Of a stretch of DNA of 59,825 nucleotides, positions 19,714 through 29,157 are shown piece after piece. The notes below the pieces were generated by a model. It ran no database searches, was not told the origin of the DNA, and saw only the letters and a list, made by a program, of their open reading frames with translations. The stretch is from Candidatus Falkowbacteria bacterium. GTDB lineage: Bacteria; Patescibacteriota; Patescibacteriia; Patescibacteriales; UBA12465. Position numbers and translations under genes: made by a program. Position 1 is the first letter of the stretch; every line of letters starts with the position of its first letter. The DNA lies in assembly GCA_903847415.1 (NCBI GenBank), contig CAINDR010000054.1, forward strand, positions 1 to 59,825. Direction: 5' to 3'.

Positions 19714-19775
19714 TTTTTGTCTCGCCACCAGAAATTCTAAGATAGAAGTTCTGGTTATGAGACAAAAGTTGTTTC
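19714..19775 (+). promoter_or_regulatory. unrecognised bipartite structured motif, copy 1
   Basis: TTTTTGTCTCGCCACCAG-(30 nt, hairpin)-ACAAAAGTTGTTTC; second copy on the minus strand at 23279-23335. Confidence 0.6.
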
Positions 19776-19813
19776 ATCAAAAAAAAGAACATTAACAATT
19801 AAAAAAAATAAAA

Positions 19814-21568
19814 ATGAAAGCAAAAAAAGTATTTTTCTTTTTTTTCGCCATAGTAATGGTGATTTTAGGAAATAGTTCTTGTACTAAGGACTATGATCCA
19901 CTAGTTGACGGAAAATCTCCCGTTCCTTTAAGCGCCAAAATCTCTATCACAGGCAGCATTGCTGCCGGAGATAGTGTCCAAGTTGGCACACTTATTAATT
20001 GTTCCGGCGCTTTAAGCACTGGAACTATCCAATCATTCCGATTGGATTGGGGAGACGGAACGCCAGTGGTTGTAACAAACGTTACTACTGCCAGCCAAAT
20101 TGCTGGCAGCCATAGTTACCAAACTATTGGTCAAAAACTGTTAAAACTTGAGGTTTACTCAGGTTTAAATGGCTCTGGCGAACAAGCTGGGGCAAGTAAA
20201 ATTATCCATGTCGTGAGCAATCTTCCTCCGGGAGCTGCATTAAGTTTTAGCGGAGTAAGTGTGGTTGGCGATAGTGCCCTATTAAACACTAACGTAGTGA
20301 TTAGTGGGCAAAATTCAACCGGCACCATTAAATCATATTCAATGGAATATGGTGATGGCACTAATAGTGGAATAATTAACGTATCTTCAGCGGCTCAAAT
20401 TTCACAACTGAAAACTTACAATTCAATTGGAGTTTTCTCGGTTAAGTTAACCGTTTACGAAGGGGTTAACGGCACTGGTGCTCAATCATTTATGGTTAAG
20501 CATTTATCAGTAATTAACCAATTACCTAACCTAATCCCGATTATTACTTTCAGCTCTGCGAATATGAGCGGAGACACAGTAATGGTAAATACTAATGTGG
20601 TAATCAGCGGTGCCAGTTCGACTGGAATAATTGGTTCCTTTGGTATGAACTATGGGGATGGCACTTTTTTGGCAACAACTAATGTCAGCAGCAATGCCGG
20701 AATTACTGCCAATAAAGTTTACACTGCCATTGGTACCTATACAGTTAAATTAACTGTATATAGTGGATATGGTGGCACTGGAAGTTACGCATCGATCAGC
20801 AGAAATTTAGTGGTGGTAAACATACCGCCAGTAAATAATCAATTACTAATCAAATACGACTCCCTTTATCAAGGAGCTGGAATTTGGAAAAACAGTTGGA
20901 AGCTTAACCTTTCCTTAGCCTTTGGCCAAGGATATAGCAATGATTGCTATTACAAGGGGGATGCGAACGGCTGGGGAATGACTTCTCTGTCCGCACCAAT
21001 TGCTGGTTGGGTATACTTTGAAACTGTTGGTTCTCAACGTTTCACAATAATAAACAAACTAGCAAATGGGACTGAAAACTGGGCGAAGTTGACAACAAAT
21101 GTCAACTTAAATGAACAGTCATTAACCAAGTGGAATTCTTGGGGTTGTGTGGAAGTAGAGAGTAAAGTTTCTGCCACCTACCCAATTTTCGATCCCGGCA
21201 GTATTGGGGATCAGTTAATTAATATTAATAAATTACCAAATGGTAATTTACGAATTAATATTAAAAGCTCCCCTGGCACCTTTGTGGTGACACCAGGAGT
21301 TGCTCCAGCGCTACGGATTCAATATCCAAGTGGTTGGGTAATCAGTGCTTTAACTGCTCACCCTAACGATCCTTTTGGTCACTACTACTACTTAGACGTA
21401 GTGCCAAGTAGTTTTAATGGTGGGATGGTTAATATTCAGATTCTACCGAATATTAACCAACCAAGCAGTTATTTTTACTGGGGAGGCTCTTATTGGGCCC
21501 CCAACAGTACAAATAGTACCTATTCAATTTCCAGTGTGATAAATCCACCCTGGAAAAGCAAAAAATAA
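19814..21568 (+). CDS. lipoprotein with three PKD-like repeats
   Basis: Lipobox-like GNSSC followed by TKDYD; three ~100-aa repeats, each with SG..STG.I.S....[WY]GDGT and VKL.VY.G..G.G. Confidence 0.8.
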   Translation: MKAKKVFFFFFAIVMVILGNSSCTKDYDPLVDGKSPVPLSAKISITGSIAAGDSVQVGTLINCSGALSTGTIQSFRLDWGDGTPVVVTNVTTASQIAGSHSYQTIGQKLLKLEVYSGLNGSGEQAGASKIIHVVSNLPPGAALSFSGVSVVGDSALLNTNVVISGQNSTGTIKSYSMEYGDGTNSGIINVSSAAQISQLKTYNSIGVFSVKLTVYEGVNGTGAQSFMVKHLSVINQLPNLIPIITFSSANMSGDTVMVNTNVVISGASSTGIIGSFGMNYGDGTFLATTNVSSNAGITANKVYTAIGTYTVKLTVYSGYGGTGSYASISRNLVVVNIPPVNNQLLIKYDSLYQGAGIWKNSWKLNLSLAFGQGYSNDCYYKGDANGWGMTSLSAPIAGWVYFETVGSQRFTIINKLANGTENWAKLTTNVNLNEQSLTKWNSWGCVEVESKVSATYPIFDPGSIGDQLININKLPNGNLRINIKSSPGTFVVTPGVAPALRIQYPSGWVISALTAHPNDPFGHYYYLDVVPSSFNGGMVNIQILPNINQPSSYFYWGGSYWAPNSTNSTYSISSVINPPWKSKK

Positions 21569-21591
21569 AAAAGGCAAAAAAGCCTTAGGCC

Positions 21592-21618
21592 CTGATTAAA
21601 ATTAATCAGGGCTTTTTT
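21592..21618 (+). terminator. intrinsic terminator
   Basis: GCCCTGATTAA-aa-TTAATCAGGGC followed by a T-tract (left edge approximate). Confidence 0.7.
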
Positions 21619-21643
21619 AATAGCCAAGCATCTTGTTAATATT

Positions 21644-21674
21644 AAAAAAGCCGTTTCAATTTGAAACGGCTTTG
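21644..21674 (-). terminator. intrinsic terminator of the minus-strand pair
   Basis: AAAGCCGTTTCAA-t-TTGAAACGGCTTT with an upstream A-tract. Confidence 0.7.
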
Positions 21675-21676
21675 TT

Positions 21677-22303
21677 TTATTTTCTAGTTATTTTGATTTT
21701 ATCGCCATAACTATGAGCATCATTTGGACCTTTAAATCCATAAATGGTTGTTCTTGTGCTACCCATTTCCCCGGAACTTTTTGGTGTGGGAAACTTCCTG
21801 GGTTTGAAAGTTTCCTCTCCATTATTTACCACTGAAGCATTTTGATTGCCAACAGCAGTAACTATAGATTTTTCTGGTAAATTAACAGGAGGGTTTTGGC
21901 GAGAATTATTATTTCCTCTCCGATTCTCCGGTTTTTGTGGAGTATTTCTCTTGTTGTTTTTTTTCTTGGTCTTCTTGTCTGAAGGCAAAGTATTTTTAAC
22001 AACAGGAACGGGAGTAGTAATAGCTACTGGATTAGTAGTTGTATCAACCGTAAACGCAGAAGAGCTTGTGTCCCCTAGCTGACAAAGAGCAAGAGCTTGC
22101 GCTAACGAGTCATTAACTTTCGCCAATGAATCACATTCGCTATTCTTGCTAAGAAGAAATTCATTATCTTCCTTGAGAGAAGTAATGGATTCTTGTTCGC
22201 TATGTAGCAAATACCAATAGTATCCGCCACTTAGGATTAACAATCCAATAATCAGGTACAACAGCAACCAGAAGGCTCTGTTTTTTTTGTTATTTGTGGC
22301 CAT
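21677..22303 (-). CDS. single-TM protein with short coiled coil and low-complexity tail
   Basis: N-terminal TM; its start overlaps the stop of 22303-23226, suggesting translational coupling. Confidence 0.7.
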   Translation of the reverse strand: MATNNKKNRAFWLLLYLIIGLLILSGGYYWYLLHSEQESITSLKEDNEFLLSKNSECDSLAKVNDSLAQALALCQLGDTSSSAFTVDTTTNPVAITTPVPVVKNTLPSDKKTKKKNNKRNTPQKPENRRGNNNSRQNPPVNLPEKSIVTAVGNQNASVVNNGEETFKPRKFPTPKSSGEMGSTRTTIYGFKGPNDAHSYGDKIKITRK

Positions 22304-23226
22304 TACACCCTCCCTTCTGTTAAAAAGTTAGGAACAGGCTTATCCACGCAGGAAAGCTTAACATCGAAGTTAAACTTGTCCCAAATTAGAAAAATTACTG
22401 GAACCAGATTTACTTTAAACTTTAAAATAAATCTACTATTTTCCATAATCTGATATTCTGGAATTATCTCCAAAATATTTTGTTGGAAATAAGGAAGCTT
22501 AAAAAAGCTTACTCCACCGCCAACGGTAAAATACTTCATGGATTTATCCAGCCCAACAACAGGATGTTCCAAACCAAAACCGGCCATTAAGTCAAAATTG
22601 ATTGACCAATTATCGCTAATAAATAAATTAGCAACAGTTTCGGTAAACCGGGCTTGAAACATTTGTCCGTTCCAAGTTAATGAATCACCAATCTCAGTGA
22701 TTATATCCTTGAAAAAAAGCTCCTTCTTAGCAGACAACGGTTGTTTGTATTTTACTTCCAAACTGTGTCTGCTAAAAATTATAGCATCTGGATCAAAAAT
22801 GGCTATATTGAGATAGCCTGATAGATTGAAATCTACCTGCTTGTCTTGATAACCATAGGCAGCCACATCACTTCTTGTGGTGGCCTGACCAAAACCTAAT
22901 CTGGTCTTCAGAAACCACCCACCATCGTATTCACCAGCACCAAAAGTAGTGTTGAGGGATACACCGGCACTCCAGTTATTAGAAGAACTAATCCATTTCT
23001 GGGTTTCGTTCTTAAGACGAATCCCGCCAGTTTCGGCATAGAAGCCGAACAAGGTGGTGCCCTCTCCAATTCGAATTGGGCACACATCAATACTTAACTC
23101 CCGAAAGTTCATTTCGTCAGTTAAGCCAACATTACTGATACCATTATTAATAATGGCATCCAACTTTTGTGCCTGAGCAAAGATGCTGGCAACTAAAATA
23201 ATCGCTGTTAAGATTATTTTTTTCAT
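22303..23226 (-). CDS. secreted beta-strand-rich protein, outer-membrane-barrel-like
   Basis: Sec signal ending AQA|Q, alternating amphipathic aromatic/Gly strands, GGGGA SD upstream. Confidence 0.6.
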   Translation of the reverse strand: MKKIILTAIILVASIFAQAQKLDAIINNGISNVGLTDEMNFRELSIDVCPIRIGEGTTLFGFYAETGGIRLKNETQKWISSSNNWSAGVSLNTTFGAGEYDGGWFLKTRLGFGQATTRSDVAAYGYQDKQVDFNLSGYLNIAIFDPDAIIFSRHSLEVKYKQPLSAKKELFFKDIITEIGDSLTWNGQMFQARFTETVANLFISDNWSINFDLMAGFGLEHPVVGLDKSMKYFTVGGGVSFFKLPYFQQNILEIIPEYQIMENSRFILKFKVNLVPVIFLIWDKFNFDVKLSCVDKPVPNFLTEGRV

Positions 23227-23278
23227 TTTGTCCCCCTTTTTTATTTAATTTTTAATTTTTAATTTACAATCTAAACTA

Positions 23279-23335
23279 GAAACAACTTTTGTTCCCTCGC
23301 TGGACCTCAAGAAAGGCCTGGCGGCGAAATAAAAA
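23279..23335 (-). promoter_or_regulatory. unrecognised bipartite structured motif, copy 2
   Basis: Minus strand TTTTTATTTCGCCGCCAG-(25 nt, hairpin)-ACAAAAGTTGTTTC; 15/18 and 14/14 identical to copy 1. Confidence 0.6.
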
Positions 23336-23340
23336 TTTTC

Positions 23341-24183
23341 TTAACGTGGCAAAATATTACTCATATTACCAACTAACACAACTTCTTCGGTCACTTTTTT
23401 GGAACCATGCTCAACAAAATTACCGGATAAAAATTCTGGCTCTGATTTAATAATCACCCGCTGAGCTGGCGCCTTCTCTGTTTTAACTGGTATCTCTTGT
23501 TGACTGGCGGTGACCAGCACTTTGCGAGCCTGATGACGTTTTACCCTGGGACGACCAAAGAGATAAAAATTATATTTCTCTTCTGGTAAAAAGTAAATAT
23601 ACAGGAAAGAAAAAGCTAAACCGAAAATAACAGCAAGTAGAAAATTAACTACCGGGTTCGGATTTGTTGGATAACTCGAAACTAATGGCTGAGCAATCAC
23701 ACTCACTCGGACTGTATCACCCATCCCCTGATAATTAAAGTTTTTATTGATCAAAACATCATTAATTGCCAAAGCAATTTGTTTTGCCTGATAAGGATCG
23801 GGATGATAGACCTCCATTTCAATAATTCCAGTATTACTTAAACTTTTTGCCTTAACCGTCTTCGCCCAGATTTTTTGCTGACGAGAAGCCTTATCGGTAA
23901 AATAGGAGCGATCAATGTTATACTGAGAATCAAGGGCTAAATCATAAAAAGAACTTGAGTAAATAACTTGAGAAAAAAGATTTCCCAGGTATTCATTGGA
24001 TTTGGAAACGGTATAAGGGTCAACCTCTCTGGTATTCTGAATAACTAGTAATTTGGATTTAGTACTATATTTTAAGGGTTGAACAAAAGTAAAAATCATC
24101 CCCAGGGCAATAAAAACAAAAATCCAAGACCAGATGGTTTGGCGTTTTTTTGACGAAAGTTTGATAAAATCTCTTAATTCCAT
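23341..24183 (-). CDS. Wzz/CpsC-like polysaccharide chain-length determinant
   Basis: MELRDF start, TM1, P.KYSTKSKLLV, Pro-rich segment before TM2. Confidence 0.8.
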   Translation of the reverse strand: MELRDFIKLSSKKRQTIWSWIFVFIALGMIFTFVQPLKYSTKSKLLVIQNTREVDPYTVSKSNEYLGNLFSQVIYSSSFYDLALDSQYNIDRSYFTDKASRQQKIWAKTVKAKSLSNTGIIEMEVYHPDPYQAKQIALAINDVLINKNFNYQGMGDTVRVSVIAQPLVSSYPTNPNPVVNFLLAVIFGLAFSFLYIYFLPEEKYNFYLFGRPRVKRHQARKVLVTASQQEIPVKTEKAPAQRVIIKSEPEFLSGNFVEHGSKKVTEEVVLVGNMSNILPR

Positions 24184-24228
24184 ATTTATATTACAATTAC
24201 CTGCTTGCTTACCTTTAATTAACTCTTA

Positions 24229-24305
24229 ATTATAGTATATAACTTTTTATTTGTCAATAGCTAGCGGGAGTTACTATTGACAAAAAAAGATAAACAATGT
24301 ATACT
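24229..24305. promoter_or_regulatory. divergent sigma70 promoter pair
   Basis: Minus: TTGACA (24252-24257)-N17-TATAAT. Plus: TTGACA (24277-24282)-N17-TATACT. The two -35 regions form a 10-bp IR. Confidence 0.7.
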
Positions 24306-24353
24306 TAGAAGACAAAAAATAAAGAAAGGAAAATTATCAATTATTATAAACTT

Positions 24354-25646
24354 ATGAAAAAAATTATCTCACTAACTCTTTTGGCTGCTGTTCTGCTTTT
24401 TGCGGCAGTGCCAATCGGTAAAACAAAAAACAAATCCTATTACTCCGGTGATGCGATTAGTTATAACGGGCAATTAGTGGTTGCTTCCGCAAACACTGAC
24501 AGTTTAGAAATTTTTAAACTAAACGGCGCTAACTTAGAAAGAATTAGTCGCACCCGCCCTCTGGAAGCACGCTTTAATCGTTATGGTAGTTATTATGAAG
24601 TAAAGCTAATCGAAGAAAATGGCCAGCTTTATGCTTATGCAATTACTGATTTTAAAATTGATAAATATAATATTAGTGCCTTAGATGCTTCCCCAATTTT
24701 AGAAAATAATTTAAGTAATACTTATTGGGAGTGGTATGGTGGTTTGGAAAAACTTGGCAACAATCATTATCTTACTATTGGCAATAAAGGAGTTAAACTT
24801 TTGAATCAAGATTTACAGGTAATTGATAGCTATGATTTTAAAAATACCCAGAATCAATATAACATTCAAGTTAGTGCCGATGGTCGTTATTTACTTGATA
24901 TTACCGGCAACACTTTGCGAGTCTTTGATCGTCAAAGCCGTACAGTGATTAATGAAATCAGTTTAAATTATAATAAAAATTTAGAAAATCGACGAGCTTC
25001 AATGGATGCTAATGGCGATATTTTTGTGGCTGATGATGTTTACACTAAGAAATTTTCTCTTGATGGAACCACAAAAGCTAGTTTCCGCCACTTGGATCAA
25101 CCTGCCTTCGATACCGTTCTTTCTGATTCTAGTCTTTATTTTAGTAACGGCGTTGGTGTTGTTAAATTAGCAAAAAGTGATTTAAAATTGTTAGACTACA
25201 AATACACTAGTTCTTATGGTGGAAATGGTTGGGCAATGGGACTAAAAGTTGTTTCCAGTGACAATGGTGATAGAGTAATTTCTTTTAACAACTCTGGTAT
25301 TTTAGTCTTAGATCAAAATCTAGAAAAATTAGCTTTCTTTGTTGGTGATACTGATGAAGAAGAAATTTCTGCTCCTACTGAAAATTTATGGTTAAAAACC
25401 GATAGCTACTCTGCAAAAGAAGGTTCAACAGTAAAATTAAGTGGTGGTGGATTTGCGGCTCGCGAAAAACTAGTAATTTATTTTGCTGGTGCCGGAAACC
25501 AAGAAACAACTGCCGATAACCAAGGAAGATTTACTAGTGATTTAAAAGTGCCGCCAATTAGTGATTCTCAAAAAAAGTTAGTAGATATTAAGGTCGTTGG
25601 CTCCTCAAAACTGAGCTACAGTTCCAGCTTTACGATTGAAAAATAA
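24354..25646 (+). CDS. secreted beta-propeller-like protein with C-terminal Ig-like domain
   Basis: Signal peptide, beta-rich repeats, C-terminal SGGGFAARE..ADNQGRF. Confidence 0.65.
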   Translation: MKKIISLTLLAAVLLFAAVPIGKTKNKSYYSGDAISYNGQLVVASANTDSLEIFKLNGANLERISRTRPLEARFNRYGSYYEVKLIEENGQLYAYAITDFKIDKYNISALDASPILENNLSNTYWEWYGGLEKLGNNHYLTIGNKGVKLLNQDLQVIDSYDFKNTQNQYNIQVSADGRYLLDITGNTLRVFDRQSRTVINEISLNYNKNLENRRASMDANGDIFVADDVYTKKFSLDGTTKASFRHLDQPAFDTVLSDSSLYFSNGVGVVKLAKSDLKLLDYKYTSSYGGNGWAMGLKVVSSDNGDRVISFNNSGILVLDQNLEKLAFFVGDTDEEEISAPTENLWLKTDSYSAKEGSTVKLSGGGFAAREKLVIYFAGAGNQETTADNQGRFTSDLKVPPISDSQKKLVDIKVVGSSKLSYSSSFTIEK

Positions 25647-25656
25647 TTGAATTATC

Positions 25657-25685
25657 AAAACGCCCCGGTTAACGGGGCGTTTTTT
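25657..25685. terminator. bidirectional terminator
   Basis: AAAACGCCCCG-gttaa-CGGGGCGTTTT between convergent genes. Confidence 0.75.
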
Positions 25686-26892
25686 GATTTAAAACTTGGT
25701 GATAAATTTTTACAAGCGCCTCTAGGTGATTTTTTAAACTAAACTGTCTCACGCTTTCAATTGTTATCGCAGCAATGTCTTGAGGTAAAGTAGCTAGGGT
25801 GTTTATTTTTAGGGCCAGATCTTGAACGTTTTCCGCCTCAAAAAGAAAACCATTTTTCCCGTCTTGAATTATTTCTGCCAAACCACCAACTCGCGAAGCA
25901 ATCACAGGTGTGCCGGATCCTAAAGATTCAAGCATTGTAAAAGGCATGTTCTCTGGCCAACGAGAAGGAATAACAACTGCAGATGCTCGAGAAATCAAAC
26001 CCTGTAGTTCAATCCCAGACTTAAAACCAACAAACTCAATTCGATCAGACAATTTCATTTTTTTCACCAAAGCCCTTAGCTGATCATCTGCCAAGCCAAT
26101 CCCCGCAATCTTTAAAGACAAGTCGGGAACCTGGCTCATGGCCTTAATTAACAAATCAATCCCCTTCTCTTCACTCAAGCGACCATAGCAAAAAAGATAA
26201 CTTTCTTTTTTTTCTGGTTGGTCAGACAAGCGATCAACAAAATTAGTTAAAACCGTAATTTTTTCTGCTGGCCAAGAAAACTTAATTGCTTCTTTTTTTG
26301 CAAAGAGACTTGGAGAAATAAAGAGATCAACACCTTTCTCATAAAATTTAAAAAGATGATGATGGACCCACATCTCTAGACTAGCAATAAAACTGCGAAA
26401 AAAAGAATTATCCAAACAACGATACTTGAGACATTGAGAATATTTACCATTTTGACATTTTTCACAAAAAGAATTTTTTGTATAAAGCTTGTAGTTTGGG
26501 CAAAATAATTTGTAATCATGAAGATGCATCACTACTGGAATCTTTCTTTTTTTTGCTGGTCCAAGAATAGATGGTGATATTTGGTGATAAATATTATGCA
26601 AATGAATAATGTCTGGCTGAAAATCATCAAGAAGTTTCGCAAATTTACGACGAGCTTCTAGACTATAAATAATTCTTCCAGGAATAAAAAATAAATCCCA
26701 AAAATTATTTTTTCGAAAATCTAAATTAGAAACAAAATATTTTTCCCAAGAAGAAGGATGATTGTTTGGATGATGCATTGAAAACAAAGCAACTACATGA
26801 CCAGCGTCTTCCAGGGCTGAAACGATATCTAAAAAATATTTCTCAGCTCCCCCTCGACGATAATTAAATTTATTGACCTGAAGAATTTTCAT
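25669..26892 (-). CDS. glycosyltransferase family 4
   Basis: RGGAEKY, HLHNIYH, GRLSEEKG, PSRWPENMPFTMLES. Confidence 0.92.
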   Translation of the reverse strand: MKILQVNKFNYRRGGAEKYFLDIVSALEDAGHVVALFSMHHPNNHPSSWEKYFVSNLDFRKNNFWDLFFIPGRIIYSLEARRKFAKLLDDFQPDIIHLHNIYHQISPSILGPAKKRKIPVVMHLHDYKLFCPNYKLYTKNSFCEKCQNGKYSQCLKYRCLDNSFFRSFIASLEMWVHHHLFKFYEKGVDLFISPSLFAKKEAIKFSWPAEKITVLTNFVDRLSDQPEKKESYLFCYGRLSEEKGIDLLIKAMSQVPDLSLKIAGIGLADDQLRALVKKMKLSDRIEFVGFKSGIELQGLISRASAVVIPSRWPENMPFTMLESLGSGTPVIASRVGGLAEIIQDGKNGFLFEAENVQDLALKINTLATLPQDIAAITIESVRQFSLKNHLEALVKIYHQVLNQKTPR

Positions 26893-26960
26893 ATTTTTGA
26901 AGATTTCTTTGACTTTCTGAATAAAAATAGGCTAATATTATAATACCATACTTATGATAT

Positions 26961-28304
26961 ATGAAAAAATTTAATCTCAAAATTACCTACAAATCAAGCT
27001 TAGTTCTCGCTCTTCTAAGTATCCCGTTAATTATCTCCCTCCAATTACCTTTTATTTTGACTATTCTAGCAATTATTTTCTCTCTGATTTTTTTCATTGG
27101 AATTAATTGGCCAAAAATTGGTTTATTTTGTTTTATTTTTTTAAGACCGGCTGTTGATTTCTTATACCAATACCGACTGAACAGTGATCCACCTCTTAAT
27201 TTTACCTCTCTTTTTGCGATTTTAGCAATTATTTTCTGTTTGGTAGTTTTCTATGAAAACTATCGTCAATTTCCAAAAATAAAAAGCTCTTTCACGTGGA
27301 TGTTTTTAATTTTTATTGGCATCCTATCTTTTTTCTATACCATCAACCAAACTGCAACCTTAGACGAACTACTGCGTCTAATCAGTATTTTCCTTTTGTT
27401 TATTAGTTCGTACCTCTTATTAAAAGATACCGGTGATCTCACTAATCTAATTCGAATTATTATATTTTCCAGTATTATTCCAGTGGCACTAGGTTTTTGG
27501 CAACTAGCCAATGAAACCGGCTTAATGGAAGATGGGCAAAATCGAATTTTTGGTACTTTTGCTCATCCAAATATGCTCGCTTATTTTTTAATTTTACCAA
27601 TTACTTTGTCAACCTTTGCTGCACTTAATCTTGGCAAAAAAAGAGTAGAAAGCTATGCCTATGCTTTAATTTCTTTAATCCTAGTAATCGTTCTTGCCTT
27701 TACCTACACCAGAGGGGCTTATGTTGCCCTGGCCTTAATTTTGGCGATTATTGGTTTAGCAAAATTTCGTGGTTTTCTTTTAATTTCAACAATCTTTGGT
27801 ATTATTATTTATCTTAGTCTTCCGCCGATTCAAGCCAGAGTAAACAGCTTATTAAATTTTGATCCCTATGGCTCGATTGGCTGGCGAATTCGTCTCTGGA
27901 CAGACGGTTTCTCCTATTTTAAAGAAAACCCTTGGACCGGAAATGGACTTGGAACTGGACCAATGGTGATTGCCGAAAATCGTGATTTTAAACTTGGGGC
28001 AACTGAACCCCATAATGATTATTTAAAACTAGGCCTAGAGCTTGGTTTCCCGGGTGTCGCTGCTTATCTGGCAATTATCATTAGTGCTCTTTTAGATTTT
28101 TATTATAGTTTTAAAAAACAATTAAAACCGAGGTTAAAGATTTTAACTCTTTTTGCTTCAGCCTGTTTAATTTCCCTCGCCATTATGAGTTTTGGTGATA
28201 ATATTCTAAATGATACCGCTCTACAATGGTCACTCTGGGTTTTGTTTGGAGCAATTTTAGTAAATAACCACCGAACCAATCAAAAACTAGAAATTAAAAA
28301 TTAA
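26961..28304 (+). CDS. O-antigen ligase/polymerase family protein
   Basis: Multi-TM; RIFGTFAHPN, TYTRGA, R..LW, PWTGNGLG, HNDYL..ELG. Confidence 0.88.
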   Translation: MKKFNLKITYKSSLVLALLSIPLIISLQLPFILTILAIIFSLIFFIGINWPKIGLFCFIFLRPAVDFLYQYRLNSDPPLNFTSLFAILAIIFCLVVFYENYRQFPKIKSSFTWMFLIFIGILSFFYTINQTATLDELLRLISIFLLFISSYLLLKDTGDLTNLIRIIIFSSIIPVALGFWQLANETGLMEDGQNRIFGTFAHPNMLAYFLILPITLSTFAALNLGKKRVESYAYALISLILVIVLAFTYTRGAYVALALILAIIGLAKFRGFLLISTIFGIIIYLSLPPIQARVNSLLNFDPYGSIGWRIRLWTDGFSYFKENPWTGNGLGTGPMVIAENRDFKLGATEPHNDYLKLGLELGFPGVAAYLAIIISALLDFYYSFKKQLKPRLKILTLFASACLISLAIMSFGDNILNDTALQWSLWVLFGAILVNNHRTNQKLEIKN

Positions 28305-28382
28305 TTATCTGATAAAAACAAAAAGTAGACATCCAGCAAAAGATCGTCTACTTTTTTTAAAGTTCCAAATTTTAAATTATTT

Positions 28383-29135
28383 TTATTGAAGAATATCGAT
28401 TAATTCAACAAAAGTCACAGTTGTTCCACTTTCACCACCGGTAGCATAGTTGATAACCATATTCTTAACCTTAATAATTACTTTCTTGTTATACTTCTCT
28501 TCTGAGCTGCCAGTTGTCATGTTTTTTTGCAGATCATCCAACTCGGGAATTTTTTTGGCAATCTCTTTTTTAGCTATTTCACTATTTTCAATCATTAAGT
28601 TTGGACTTCCGCAAACTAGTCCTTTGATCTCTGATAACTTTTTTCCTTGATCAATTGAATTTCCTCGAGAAAGATCGGGGAGTGCAGAATGTTTATCTGG
28701 ATAGAAAAATAAACCGCTGCCAGATTCGGCTAAAACCAAAGTTCCAGACAATATTTGCTCTCCTTTGAAATAAATACGACCGCTATAATCTTCTTCACAA
28801 TCTTTTTCGCAAAAATTACCGTCAATTGCTGATATTTTTAAAGATCCAAAAACATCACCAGACCTTAAAGAAGATATTTTTACTGGTACTTTTGAGCACT
28901 GATAGATCAAAGACTTATTGATTGATTTTTTAGTTTTGAAATCACTAACCACATTAATTACTGAAGACGACTTAACGCCCCCTGGATTAACTTGACGCTC
29001 AAGAGAATAAAGAGAAGCGGTTAGCGCGGCAATCACTGCTGCAAACAGAGACAGGGAAAAAATTATGATTACCACAAAATCTTTTTTACTCGTCACCACA
29101 AATTTTGTTGTTTTTTTAACAATTTTTTTATTCAT
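28383..29135 (-). CDS. single-TM hypothetical exported protein
   Basis: 250-aa ORF with an N-terminal TM. Confidence 0.65.
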   Translation of the reverse strand: MNKKIVKKTTKFVVTSKKDFVVIIIFSLSLFAAVIAALTASLYSLERQVNPGGVKSSSVINVVSDFKTKKSINKSLIYQCSKVPVKISSLRSGDVFGSLKISAIDGNFCEKDCEEDYSGRIYFKGEQILSGTLVLAESGSGLFFYPDKHSALPDLSRGNSIDQGKKLSEIKGLVCGSPNLMIENSEIAKKEIAKKIPELDDLQKNMTTGSSEEKYNKKVIIKVKNMVINYATGGESGTTVTFVELIDILQ

Positions 29136-29157
29136 ATTTTTAAATTAAACTAAAAAA

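Noticed and set aside
19704..19780. Integron attC site
   Set aside because: It lacks properly placed RYYYAAC and GTTRRRY boxes, and no integron integrase is visible.
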